In this document: piece by piece, positions 47,194 to 56,978 of the stretch
Position numbering within the stretch: position 1 is the first letter of the stretch
Layout of the letters: every line of letters starts with the position of its first letter
DNA from: a virus
Direction: 5' to 3' (one strand)
IMG/VR virus record: IMGVR_UViG_3300029267_003532
Coordinates: 15,956 to 79,955 of that record
DNA length: 64,000 bases
Notes under the pieces: generated by a model
What the model was told of the DNA's origin: nothing
Seen by the model: the letters and a program-made list of their open reading frames with translations, nothing else
Database searches by the model: none
Position numbers and translations under genes: made by a program

Positions 47194-47429
47194 GCCGGTT
47201 TAGAACCTTTGTTCTGTTTGGCTGGCTTTGCACGTGGCGCGGGCGCTTTATCTTCCTCGTCAATCATAGATGCGATCTTTTCCGGCTGGGCCACCGTCGC
47301 CACGCGTGTCACTTCCCAGTTATGTATCCAGACAATATAACATCCAAATCGAACCGCGCGCAGTTTGTCCAGTAACGCCTGAAAGGTATTTGATTTGCGA
47401 ACGGTCACATTTGCGCCAAGCTGGCTCAT
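47190..47429 (-). CDS. Small YezD/DUF2292-like protein
   Basis: LDKLRAVRFGCYIVWIHNWEVTRV resembles the YezD pattern (tentative). Confidence 0.5.
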   Translation of the reverse strand: MSQLGANVTVRKSNTFQALLDKLRAVRFGCYIVWIHNWEVTRVATVAQPEKIASMIDEEDKAPAPRAKPAKQNKGSKPA

Positions 47430-48214
47430 AGGCATTCTCCTAATACTCGCCGGTCACCCCACGCCCCGGACTGACTGACATAGTAATTGTCCTGGATCTG
47501 GCTGACCATCCCCCGTCGTTGGTTGTAGAGCGGTCTCAGTCGAGCAATGTGTTTGTCTCTTGATTCGCCTCTGTGCCCCGAGCTATCGAGCGAGTTCTTG
47601 CGCTGGATATTGTGCAGATGGACCCGCAGATCCACCGCGCACTTGAACCCGCACACCGAGGCGCGATGCGCCATAAGCAGGTCCTCGAACCCATAAAGGT
47701 GGTCCTCAGCCAGCACATCAAAGTAGCCAGTCTCGTCCAAAAACCAGCCAGTGTGAATCACACAATGCCCGACCACCGGGAAATACTCGTGCCAGTACCC
47801 ATGCGCCTGGATCAACCGGCCTTGATTGGAGGTCTCCAATTCCTCATACCAGGGAGAGGCAATAGCTATCCCTGGGTTTGTTTCCAGCAAGTTGCACAGG
47901 AACGGAATCCACCCCTCGGTTTCCAGCTCGACGTCGTTATCGACCTTGATAAAGTGCTGCCCTGGCTTGCGCCTGGCTAACACCTGGTTTAGCGCGCGCG
48001 GACATCCAATGTTTTCAGAATTGCAGATCCAGTCAATTGGCCAGCCTTCCACTGCAATGGCTTGTGTGACGGCCTCGCGTGTCCCATCAGTAGAACCATT
48101 GTCTACCCAGACGCACTCCGCCATAGACATCGCCCTGGTGCACGCCAGCGAGCGCAACGTTGCGAGAGTCTCGTGCTTGCGGTTGTAGCTGATCACAGAA
48201 AGCAGCGGTTTCAT
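47426..48214 (-). CDS. GT2 glycosyltransferase
   Basis: VDNGSTDGT, KVDND, YGFED. Confidence 0.85.
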   Translation of the reverse strand: MKPLLSVISYNRKHETLATLRSLACTRAMSMAECVWVDNGSTDGTREAVTQAIAVEGWPIDWICNSENIGCPRALNQVLARRKPGQHFIKVDNDVELETEGWIPFLCNLLETNPGIAIASPWYEELETSNQGRLIQAHGYWHEYFPVVGHCVIHTGWFLDETGYFDVLAEDHLYGFEDLLMAHRASVCGFKCAVDLRVHLHNIQRKNSLDSSGHRGESRDKHIARLRPLYNQRRGMVSQIQDNYYVSQSGAWGDRRVLGECL

Positions 48215-49053
48215 TTGGCCCCTCCTGAGATGTATCGATGCACCTGCTCGTGGTTGTTCTCTGTGCACCATTCATCTCCCTCACGGTAGTGCAAGCCAGC
48301 CAGGTTTTCGTCGACGAGCCACCTCCCGAAATATTTCCCAAAGTACTGCCGGCCACCTCGCTTGCGCCGAGCGCCGGCTCGGTCCAGACCCTGGGCGAGA
48401 CTACGAAAGCAATAGTGCTTGCAGATCGGCATCAGCGGTCCGGCAACCTGCCACTGCCGCCAGTTCAGCCCCGGCAACTCTGGCGTCCGTTTGGGCACGT
48501 CAACCGGGTAGTAGTGGGCGTCGTTCCATTTCCAAATGAACGTCCCCATCTAGCCCCAGCTATACCATTGCCGGCGCTGCTGTACGCTGATCGTCTCGTC
48601 TTCGTTCAGCGCTCCCTCGCGCAAGTCCTGGAACGTCAACCAGAACTGAGGCACCCAACACCGGACCACGTTCGCGCCGGCTTCCTCTGCGGCATAGATC
48701 GCCGTGAGCGGATCGACGTCTATTCCATTCGGATCACAATACGAATCATAGATTTCGTCGGCATCAATCGACACGACCCAGTCCGGGCGGTGGGGCGCGG
48801 TCAGTTCGAGCAGCCGCCCGCGTAGCGTATAATCGTGAAACTCGTTGCCGGGGTCCCGTTCGCTCACAACCTGGAGCGTCTTGCCGGCTTGCCCGTGATA
48901 CGTTTTCTGCAACATCCAGAGCAGTTGTAGTGTACTGTCTGTACTGCTCCCATCTAGAACGATCAGCGTGTCAACCCAACGAAAGGCTTCAGTAACCGTT
49001 TCCTCGATCACATCTTCCTCATTCCGAACGGGCATATGCGCGACGATTTTCAT
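48211..49053 (-). pseudogene. GT2-like glycosyltransferase interrupted by one in-frame TAG (48550-48552)
   Basis: PVRNEED, LDGSSTD, IDADE upstream of the stop; the same frame continues TAG-ATG into ...CKHYCFRS. Confidence 0.7.
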
Positions 49054-49054
49054 T

Positions 49055-49714
49055 TCAGCCTCCAACATGCATGAACGAGACGCTTTTCTCGATCAAATCG
49101 CGTGGCACGCCGTTCAAGTGATCGAGAAACGAAGACGGACCCTCTTTGTCGAAATCAGTGATCATGGGCGCGTACTCGATGCACAGCAAATCGCAAATCA
49201 CCCGGCTATACTGATCCGGCATTCGCTTGACGTTGTTTCCCCCGGTCAAATCTTCGTACGACAACGTCAGGTCTGCCAGGCGACCACACCGGCGCATGTG
49301 CTCGGCGATCTCGCGCCGCTGCTCCGCATAGACGCGCGGCTCAAACTGAAACGTGGGAATCTCGCCTTTTGCCGCGCATTTCGGATGTTCCCCGCGCCAC
49401 GTGTGCAATTGGCCCGAAAAATAGATCGCGAGCATATTTCGCCGAATCAGTTGAATCACCTTTACCTGTGGCTCCGCCATCCATTCGGCGATGGGGGCCG
49501 TGATCTGATTGTACTTGATGTCCACACAGATCCACGGAAACCCGCCGCCAGACACGCGGCTCAGACGCGCGTGCATCTTGTCGGCCGTGTTCGGTTCGCG
49601 CCGGCAAAAAATCTCGCCAGTATATTTGATCGCCGGATGGCTCTGCAGCCACGAGCCCAGCAGGTGCGATCCACTGCGTTGGTGCGCCATAAGAACGACG
49701 TAGGCCACTACCAT
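49055..49714 (-). CDS. Sulfotransferase (Stf0-like)
   Basis: HQRSGSHLL PAPS loop, SHPAI..GEIF, LIRRN, SYEDL. Confidence 0.8.
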   Translation of the reverse strand: MVVAYVVLMAHQRSGSHLLGSWLQSHPAIKYTGEIFCRREPNTADKMHARLSRVSGGGFPWICVDIKYNQITAPIAEWMAEPQVKVIQLIRRNMLAIYFSGQLHTWRGEHPKCAAKGEIPTFQFEPRVYAEQRREIAEHMRRCGRLADLTLSYEDLTGGNNVKRMPDQYSRVICDLLCIEYAPMITDFDKEGPSSFLDHLNGVPRDLIEKSVSFMHVGG

Positions 49715-50832
49715 CCCTCCTGAATGCACCGGATCACATACGCGACGTCGTTCTCGTCCAGGTGATTGTGCAGCGGGATCGAGATGTTGGTTTCCTCATA
49801 TCGATCCGTGTTGGGCAGATCAGACCGGCGAGGGCCAAAGATCGAGTGCAGGTCGTTCCGAATGTGCACTACACTGACCTCGACGCCCTTATCGGCCATC
49901 ATCCGGCAAAAATCGTCACGCCGCTCCACGTGCATCGTAAAGAGCCAGTTGGCGCTGACGCGATCCTCTCGGCTCTCAAACAACGTCACACCTGGCACGT
50001 CGGCTAGCTCCTCGCGGTACAACCGTGCGATCATTGCTCGCTCAGCCAACAGCCCCTGAATCTGATCCAAGTTTCCCAGTCCGATCGAGGCAGACACGTC
50101 GTTCATGTGCATCTTGTATCCGACCTCGGACTGATCCCAGAACGAATATCCGTCCAGCCGTGGCACACGGTTGACGCGGTCGATCCCAAACCAGCGCCGC
50201 CGGCGAGCCTCGTCATAATCCTGTTGGGTCCGCACGGCCAGAAGACCGCCGTCCCCACACGTGAGTTGCTTGATCGCCTGAAACGAGGTCATAAAGAAAT
50301 CGCTAGTCAGCGCAACCGGCAACCCCTTGTACCGGGCGCCAAAGGCGTGCGCGCCGTCCTGGATTACCGGCAGACCGTGTCGATCCGCGACGGCTCGTAT
50401 CTCGTCCAGAGAGCACGGATAGCCGGCCCAATGCACGCACATAACCGCCTTCGTGCGCTCCGTGATCCGATGCTCGACGTCGCTCGGATCGAGGTTTCCC
50501 GTCTCGTACTGGATGTCGGCAAAGACCGGCGTCGCAAACTGCTCCAAGATCGGCGTGTTTGTCGCCGTGCATGTCTGCGCGACCGTAATCACCTCGTCAC
50601 CCGGCCCCACGTCACAGATTGCCAGCGCCAGACGCAGCGCTGCCGTGCCAGAGTTCAGCGCCACGCAATACGGAACCTCCAGCGCATCTTTGAGCTGCTC
50701 CTCAAACTCTTTGACCTTTGGCCCCTCGCCGATCCACAACCGTCCATCCTCGTGGACAGTCGTCAACGTCTGGTATGCGTTCAACGCCGCCTGCGGCGAG
50801 ACGTACGGCGCGAACATTTGGATTTTCTTCAC
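49708..50832 (-). CDS. DegT/DnrJ/EryC1/StrS PLP-dependent sugar aminotransferase
   Basis: NSGTAAL, DGAHAFG, SFQAIKQLTCGDGG. Confidence 0.92.
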   Translation of the reverse strand: MKKIQMFAPYVSPQAALNAYQTLTTVHEDGRLWIGEGPKVKEFEEQLKDALEVPYCVALNSGTAALRLALAICDVGPGDEVITVAQTCTATNTPILEQFATPVFADIQYETGNLDPSDVEHRITERTKAVMCVHWAGYPCSLDEIRAVADRHGLPVIQDGAHAFGARYKGLPVALTSDFFMTSFQAIKQLTCGDGGLLAVRTQQDYDEARRRRWFGIDRVNRVPRLDGYSFWDQSEVGYKMHMNDVSASIGLGNLDQIQGLLAERAMIARLYREELADVPGVTLFESREDRVSANWLFTMHVERRDDFCRMMADKGVEVSVVHIRNDLHSIFGPRRSDLPNTDRYEETNISIPLHNHLDENDVAYVIRCIQEGW

Positions 50833-51740
50833 TCGACCTCCCTACTGGGCACCGCTTTTCGTTCCCCGGCCTCCGCCACCAGCTTGGTATTCATTCGCTG
50901 CATATGGAGCATTTCCTCCTCAACTGTCGTTCGATCCGGGGTGAGAAATGGCTCCCATATCCGCGCAAATCGCGCCACATTTTTCGTGCGTAACGCGTCC
51001 CACTCAGTCCGCCCGCCGCCTTGCCATTGATAGTCGGTAGACTTCATCGCTGACGATGCATAGTGGAGCACGCCGGCGTCGATCTGCCACACGCGATAGC
51101 CCCACGACCGAACGCGAAACGACAGGTCTTGATCGTGCCCGTCGTAAATCTCAAACCCCTCGTCAAAGCGGAGCCCCCGGGCCAGCAGCTCAGGGCGGAG
51201 ATACGCGCATGCAAAATCAATGCTCTCTCCCTCCATAAATCCGCTAGGATGCTTGTGCTGCTTGTCGTGCACGTACCAGCGCCCATTCGGATTATGGTAC
51301 ACCGGACAAGGCGGCCCCTCCGGGCTTTTAGCCCCGCCGACGATTCCCACCTCTGGCCTGGTCTGTGCAAAATCGATCAAATTGGTCAACCAGCCCTGTT
51401 GGACTACCGTGTCTGCGTCGAGCAAGACGACCTGATACGGACCGTTCTCCAGTTGATCGATTTGATCCAGGGCCTGGTTCTGTGCTACCGGTAACCCACG
51501 GTTCGTGGAATTCTCAATGAACGCTGCGATCTCGACCTGTCCTAGAGCGCGGCATACTTCCATTTGGTCCAGGTAACCCTCGATGCACGCCCGCTCTTCC
51601 GATCCGTTGTCCACGATGACCCACCGCGCCGGGTGGATCGTATATCGAGCCAGAGAATCAGCGCACCGCACAAAATCCAGCGCATTGTTCCACGTCAGTG
51701 TAATGATGTAGGTTGGGAGCTGGCCTAAGAGTTGTGCCAT
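50829..51740 (-). CDS. GT2 glycosyltransferase
   Basis: IVDNGS, LLDADT, FDEGF..GHDQDLSFR. Confidence 0.85.
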   Translation of the reverse strand: MAQLLGQLPTYIITLTWNNALDFVRCADSLARYTIHPARWVIVDNGSEERACIEGYLDQMEVCRALGQVEIAAFIENSTNRGLPVAQNQALDQIDQLENGPYQVVLLDADTVVQQGWLTNLIDFAQTRPEVGIVGGAKSPEGPPCPVYHNPNGRWYVHDKQHKHPSGFMEGESIDFACAYLRPELLARGLRFDEGFEIYDGHDQDLSFRVRSWGYRVWQIDAGVLHYASSAMKSTDYQWQGGGRTEWDALRTKNVARFARIWEPFLTPDRTTVEEEMLHMQRMNTKLVAEAGERKAVPSREVE

Positions 51741-52414
51741 GACAAACCTCTCTCTTTTCCCACAGTCCACGCCGCCGCGATATGCGGCCCGCCCTCCGGA
51801 TCCCACAACTCGGCATAGATGTCGTACATTCCAAAGAAATTGACTAGCTTCTCGCGCGTCCACACCATGACATGATGCGGGTTGTGCGCGCAGTAGGACC
51901 AACCAAATGCCGGATGATCACCGTGTGGCGTCGTTACAATCAACCGACCCCCTGGTCTGAGCACGTGCGCCACATTTCGGCGAAACCCGTTCAGGTCGAG
52001 CGGATGCTCGATCACCTCGAGGGCCGTAACGACATCGAACCCGCACAGGTCATTGGCTACCAATTCGTCCGCCGTCAGCGCCCCAAAGTCGGCCACAAAG
52101 AACTGCCCAAGTTGCTCCGCTTCCCGGCACGTGCGACACGTCTTGACAAAGTCGGCGATCAGGTCCACGCCCCACACCTCGCAGCCTAGCTGCGCCGTCA
52201 AGTTTTTCGCCAACTGCCCACAGTTGCATCCCACGTCGAGCACCTTGGCCCCCGGCTCGACCTGCCCGCGCACAAACGCATACCGCGTCCAATACTCGCG
52301 CCCGCCGGGCTGCAGGCGATGGTTACTTGGATGTTGGTGAAACGGCGATCCAACCCGTTGCCACTCGTCACCCAACTCATCAGGAGAGGGCGGGGTCATT
52401 ATCGTTGTGATCAT
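51725..52414 (-). CDS. Class I SAM-dependent methyltransferase
   Basis: VLDVGCNCG, FDVVTALEVIEH, LRPGG. Confidence 0.9.
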   Translation of the reverse strand: MITTIMTPPSPDELGDEWQRVGSPFHQHPSNHRLQPGGREYWTRYAFVRGQVEPGAKVLDVGCNCGQLAKNLTAQLGCEVWGVDLIADFVKTCRTCREAEQLGQFFVADFGALTADELVANDLCGFDVVTALEVIEHPLDLNGFRRNVAHVLRPGGRLIVTTPHGDHPAFGWSYCAHNPHHVMVWTREKLVNFFGMYDIYAELWDPEGGPHIAAAWTVGKERGLSWHNS

Positions 52415-52977
52415 CGCTTTTTACAGAGGACTTTGAACGAAAACCGGAACCCGCCAAAATGCTCACAGCAGACAATGGACAGGTCTGCTAACTGATTCAG
52501 GACCTCGGCTCGAAAGTGATCCGGCCCAAACCAGTTGTAATGCTGAAATTGCCACGGATGGTGCTTGCTATGGCGCATTGGCGCGTATCGATTATCCGGC
52601 ACGACATGGGCCATCACGCCGCCCGGCTTGAGCACGCGCGCCATCTCGCGCATTGCCTGGACCGGATCCTGGAGTGACGGCAACACGTGACACGAGATCG
52701 CCGAATCGAATGTGCTATCCTCAAACGGCAAGTCGTGTACGTCATAACGGTAATCCACCTTGGACCGATCTGGATTCGGATCAATATTGACCATTCCTGG
52801 CAGATATTTCTCGCCACATCCGACGTGCAGGCATCTCGCTCGCGCCTGCGCTTTCAGCCAGTCCATTTGCACAAGATCAACGGCTCTTTGCCAAGCATCT
52901 CCAGAGAGACGTTTGCACTCGTTGTCCGTCATCGTATGCTCTTCGTTGCACAAATCACACCAAGAGGTATTGGTCAT
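52411..52977 (-). CDS. Class I SAM-dependent methyltransferase (type 11)
   Basis: LHVGCG, LPFEDSTFD, RVLKPGG. Confidence 0.88.
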   Translation of the reverse strand: MTNTSWCDLCNEEHTMTDNECKRLSGDAWQRAVDLVQMDWLKAQARARCLHVGCGEKYLPGMVNIDPNPDRSKVDYRYDVHDLPFEDSTFDSAISCHVLPSLQDPVQAMREMARVLKPGGVMAHVVPDNRYAPMRHSKHHPWQFQHYNWFGPDHFRAEVLNQLADLSIVCCEHFGGFRFSFKVLCKKR

Positions 52978-54008
52978 TGACTCACACTTTCTATCAGTTC
53001 CAGCCATACCTTCCATTGCGTCTCATAGGTATGCTCGAACCAAACTCGCTCACGCCACGCGGCAGCTCGTGCACGCGCCGGCTCAGGATGGACGAGACAG
53101 TTCATCAGCCCATGATACAACGTATTCGGCGCGTCGGCGATCAGTCCAAACTGACCTGGATACTCATCGCCCAGCACCTCACTGTAAGGCATAGGCGATG
53201 CCACGATGGGCACACCGGCTGCACCATATTGCATCGCCTTCAACGGACTCTTGCATCGGTTGAACTCCGTATCCTCGATCCAAGCAAGGCCAACGTCAAA
53301 CGAAGCAATCAACTTCCGCATCGATGCGAACCGTCTCCACGCGCACGCAGGCTCGACATACGTGCGTTTTCTCAGTGCAGGACTGAACGCTTGCACGATG
53401 TCAGGATACCCCAAGATCGACAAATAAGCGTCTTGCTCGCAAATTGCTTGCTCGACCGCGTCGGCGATCAGTCGCCACGTGTCCCAATAGTAGGGCATTC
53501 CGAACCATCCTACGACAGGTCCATCAATTGACTTTTCTTGTGGAATCACCGTGTCCCAGTCCGCCCACATCACGCAGTTGGGCACGATCCGCACATCGCC
53601 GTTGTGTTCAATCAACTTTTCCGCCAGGGCTGTGCCTGTACACGTCACCACGTCGGCCGTACACAACAACTCTTCGTGCCTCACCAGGCGCGCTTTGGGC
53701 GTTCCCGTACCCAGTTCAAAGTAGTCGTGATATGCCGGCCAAGTGGGCGGTAACTCAAAGAGCCAGTCATCGACGTCATAGATCACCGGCTTGCCGGCCG
53801 CCTGGAACGCCTGCATCAGCGTCACCGCAGCCTCTTCGCAATGCCGCTGCAGTACGAGTACATCAAACTCAGATACGTCGTCAAAGGACCCTCTGCGCGC
53901 CTCGGCCTGGATGCCCTGGTAGCGCAGAATCGTCGCCGGCGCGATTGCCCGAACGTATGCGTCAGCGCCATCGTTGCGAATCGCAAAAAGGACCTTGATA
54001 TCACTCAC
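52974..54008 (-). CDS. GT-B glycosyltransferase
   Basis: YDVDD, VGWFG, FNRCKSPLK..YGAAGVPIVAS. Confidence 0.85.
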   Translation of the reverse strand: MSDIKVLFAIRNDGADAYVRAIAPATILRYQGIQAEARRGSFDDVSEFDVLVLQRHCEEAAVTLMQAFQAAGKPVIYDVDDWLFELPPTWPAYHDYFELGTGTPKARLVRHEELLCTADVVTCTGTALAEKLIEHNGDVRIVPNCVMWADWDTVIPQEKSIDGPVVGWFGMPYYWDTWRLIADAVEQAICEQDAYLSILGYPDIVQAFSPALRKRTYVEPACAWRRFASMRKLIASFDVGLAWIEDTEFNRCKSPLKAMQYGAAGVPIVASPMPYSEVLGDEYPGQFGLIADAPNTLYHGLMNCLVHPEPARARAAAWRERVWFEHTYETQWKVWLELIESVSQ

Positions 54009-55062
54009 TCGTCACGCTCCTACTTGAACTCTGATCCGGCATCGAAACCACTGCGTCCATTGCCTGGATATGCGGAATGGGGAGAATAGGCCCAAACCGC
54101 CTATCGAGCGCGTCGGCGGCGAAATGCGTGCCGTCACGCGCGTCCAGATACTGGGCGACCAGTGACTGCCACACTTCTGAGGACACGCGCACGTCATAGT
54201 CGGCGAACGCACGCTCGTACATGTACCACAACCCGTGGAAGCGTATCAGCTTGCCCTTGCTATCCTCCAACCGACGCAGGATACCCTCCGCGCCCTGCAC
54301 AGGCTCTACTCCCAACAGCCACGCCGTTGCCTCCCGGTTGTCGCTCTTGTACGGGCTACGTTGGGGCACCAGCGCAAAGTCGTGTGCCTGGATCACTGCA
54401 TTCGCTCCTTCACGCGTCCACTCTACAAACGCGACCTGCCGGCCCTGGCCCCACGCACGCTCTTGCCACTCGTCTGGCAACTCGTTGGACAGAATCGTCA
54501 ACGGCATATCGTATTGATCTAGCACTGGCCACAGATCCGGCCAGATGTGATCGAGCTCGCCAAGGTTGTGCGCATACCCAAACCAGATACACCGGTCTTG
54601 AGCGGACGTCTCACGCCGCCTGCGTAACAGCGCATTAAAGCCGGCATTGTCCAACCGCTCAAACTCATCCAGGTCCAGTCTATCGACAATGACATACGCC
54701 GGCAGCCAGCGGGCCAACTGCTCTTCCAGGGCCACAGTCGGGCATACGGCAAAATCGCACAGCTCTAGCGCGTCGAGCAGACGATGCTCGTGCGTGTCTG
54801 ACTGCAGCCAGTCCGCATCACACAAATCGAACACCAACAGCTTGCCTTTGACGCGCAGCGCTCGCAGCCAACGACGCGCCTGCTTGGTCAAATACGCCTT
54901 CTGAAAGATATAAGCGTCGTACTCACCGAATGGTACCGAGCAGTTGGGGTATACGTCGGCGTTGTCCCAGTACTTGGCTGGCCACTGCGCCCGGAAGCGT
55001 ATGCTGGCCGAGTGATAGGGTAGCCCATCGACGTAAGCCGGGACAAAAAGCACTTTCATCAT
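54001..55062 (-). CDS. GT-B-like glycosyltransferase
   Basis: IFQK, FDLCD, WFGYAHN, KSDNR. Confidence 0.75.
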   Translation of the reverse strand: MMKVLFVPAYVDGLPYHSASIRFRAQWPAKYWDNADVYPNCSVPFGEYDAYIFQKAYLTKQARRWLRALRVKGKLLVFDLCDADWLQSDTHEHRLLDALELCDFAVCPTVALEEQLARWLPAYVIVDRLDLDEFERLDNAGFNALLRRRRETSAQDRCIWFGYAHNLGELDHIWPDLWPVLDQYDMPLTILSNELPDEWQERAWGQGRQVAFVEWTREGANAVIQAHDFALVPQRSPYKSDNREATAWLLGVEPVQGAEGILRRLEDSKGKLIRFHGLWYMYERAFADYDVRVSSEVWQSLVAQYLDARDGTHFAADALDRRFGPILPIPHIQAMDAVVSMPDQSSSRSVTSE

Positions 55063-56018
55063 ATTCTGACCCCCAGGTCGACCAGGAGGTCGAGCCAGTC
55101 TTGAACAAATCGATCCTTGTAAAACCGAGACCGCGCCAGCTCACGCCCGCGCTGGCCAACTTGATACGCTTTCTTTGGGTCCGCTCGCAGCATCTGAAGC
55201 GTCTCCACCATCTCGACCACCGTGTCACACAAAAAGCCCGTTTCACCGTGAGTAATGAACGTATCCGCGTCGTGGTTCGATGTCGTCACCACGCAGCATC
55301 CGCTGAGCATTGCCTCGGTTCGCGCCCCCGGCATCGGCGACCGCTGACCACAGTGGACATAGATCAGAGAACTCGCCAGAAACTCGCGGTATTTCTGGTA
55401 CGAGCTAAAATACGGCAAATCACCGCGATACCCCACCCACACCACCGGCATGTGCCGGCGTACCGCCTTAAGCATCGGAACACCGTGATACGACCGTGAA
55501 ATCGTGCCAGCCGAGCACACCGTGAACGCCATAGCAAGCCGCGTCCGGTCACTCGAAAACTCGTCCACGTCATACCCGTGAATGATCGCCCGGCTGCGCT
55601 CTGGCCCCAGGCCCCACTCTTCATAGGCCTGGTGGGAATTGACGACCAAGAAAGGCGGCCCGCCTGGCGACAGGTCCAGCATTCGCGCGATCCGGTCACG
55701 GTTCACGTCGTTGTCCGGCGTGCCGTGCATGATACCCACCCGCTCCGCTCCCCGCGCCTGCATTCCGATTAGGTTCATAATCCGAAAGGGCGTACCGCGC
55801 AGTTCGGACCGATCACACCAGTTATCCAGATGCGACAAGATCACGTCATAGCCGGCGGGATCGGGATCCTCGACGAATCCGCCAAAGTTGGGCGGGGTGG
55901 GGCGAATGTCTGTATCCCAGAATCGTGTCCCGACAGGAAAATAGTCGAATCGCGCCGGCAGGGCATGCAATCGGTAACTGTGTGCCTGGTGCCAAGCGTG
56001 GTCAAGAATCGAAAGCAC
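55059..56018 (-). CDS. GT4-like glycosyltransferase
   Basis: SPMPGARTEAMLSGCCVV, HGETGFL; GTG start after GAGGAG. Confidence 0.85.
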   Translation of the reverse strand: MLSILDHAWHQAHSYRLHALPARFDYFPVGTRFWDTDIRPTPPNFGGFVEDPDPAGYDVILSHLDNWCDRSELRGTPFRIMNLIGMQARGAERVGIMHGTPDNDVNRDRIARMLDLSPGGPPFLVVNSHQAYEEWGLGPERSRAIIHGYDVDEFSSDRTRLAMAFTVCSAGTISRSYHGVPMLKAVRRHMPVVWVGYRGDLPYFSSYQKYREFLASSLIYVHCGQRSPMPGARTEAMLSGCCVVTTSNHDADTFITHGETGFLCDTVVEMVETLQMLRADPKKAYQVGQRGRELARSRFYKDRFVQDWLDLLVDLGVRI

Positions 56019-56241
56019 TAGATATCTCCTCTTTATTGACTGCATCCAGTTCTTCCACAGCTCGGTGGAGCAGGTACAGAGCCCCAAGTACACCTACCGT
56101 GATCACCGTTACCCAACCTAGACCATTGAGCACGTATGTATCAAGGAACAACGCGATCAAGGCCAAGACCACGCCGGCCATAAAGCCCAGCAACATACCG
56201 CTCATAGAATAGAGCTTTTCGCGAAGTGAATATGTGTTCAT
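56002..56241 (-). CDS. Small two-TM membrane protein
   Basis: Two hydrophobic segments; ATGA overlap. Confidence 0.55.
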   Translation of the reverse strand: MNTYSLREKLYSMSGMLLGFMAGVVLALIALFLDTYVLNGLGWVTVITVGVLGALYLLHRAVEELDAVNKEEISSAFDS

Positions 56242-56978
56242 ATCACCTTCCCATGTCGATGCGCTACCGCGTACAGCGCGCCAGCAAACCACTCTGCGTC
56301 CGCGCGAACCGTGCGGACCACCGTATCCCGCAAATTGAGCCCCATCCCCTGCGCCTGGTCGAGCATCTCGTAAGGCAAAACCACTGTGTACGGATTCCAC
56401 TCTGCTGCCAGGCGAATGCAATCCTCGCAGTTCTCCAATGCCGGGTCCATCACCCACGTGACCAGCAGAATGTCCGGCGCGTCACCAGCCTCGATCTCTA
56501 GCCTGCACCCGCAGTTTGTCTTGCACCGCGTCTTTCCGTCACCGGGAACCTGGGGCAAGAGGCCATATGTAACCCCGCGCCAGAACGAGGCCAGCGCATT
56601 GCCTCCATATAGGCCCGACCGCGTCGCAATATACCCCTGGCTCTGCAAGTTCGCCAGGCCCAACGTCGCCATCTCGGCCCGCTCTTGCAATTGGTGCGCG
56701 AAATTGTCCAGATATCCATACTGATCGCGCAGGTAACGCCCCACACGCCCCCACTCGGCTTGTGTCACATTGCCTGGCTCACCGCCCCGACTGATGACCA
56801 GCGCCATGACGTGCAAGTCCTTGACCGCCTGGCGCATCTCTGTGCGCCACTCCAGGACAGATAGCTCGCCCGCGTGTAAGCGCTTTGCCAACTCGGCGGC
56901 ATCCTTTTGGAACGCCTCTTTGCGCAGCTCGACCAGGCCACGCGCGAATTCGAGATTGCGGACGCGAGGTGCAGGCAT
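56238..56978 (-). CDS. Minor head (Mu gpF-like) protein
   Basis: After the portal; CKTNCGC and NCEDC motifs. Confidence 0.7.
   Translation of the reverse strand: MPAPRVRNLEFARGLVELRKEAFQKDAAELAKRLHAGELSVLEWRTEMRQAVKDLHVMALVISRGGEPGNVTQAEWGRVGRYLRDQYGYLDNFAHQLQERAEMATLGLANLQSQGYIATRSGLYGGNALASFWRGVTYGLLPQVPGDGKTRCKTNCGCRLEIEAGDAPDILLVTWVMDPALENCEDCIRLAAEWNPYTVVLPYEMLDQAQGMGLNLRDTVVRTVRADAEWFAGALYAVAHRHGKVI

Noticed and set aside
48550-48552. Genome-wide TAG recoding
   Set aside because: Many genes end cleanly at TAG followed by a new RBS or start; only one internal TAG was seen and there is no suppressor tRNA.
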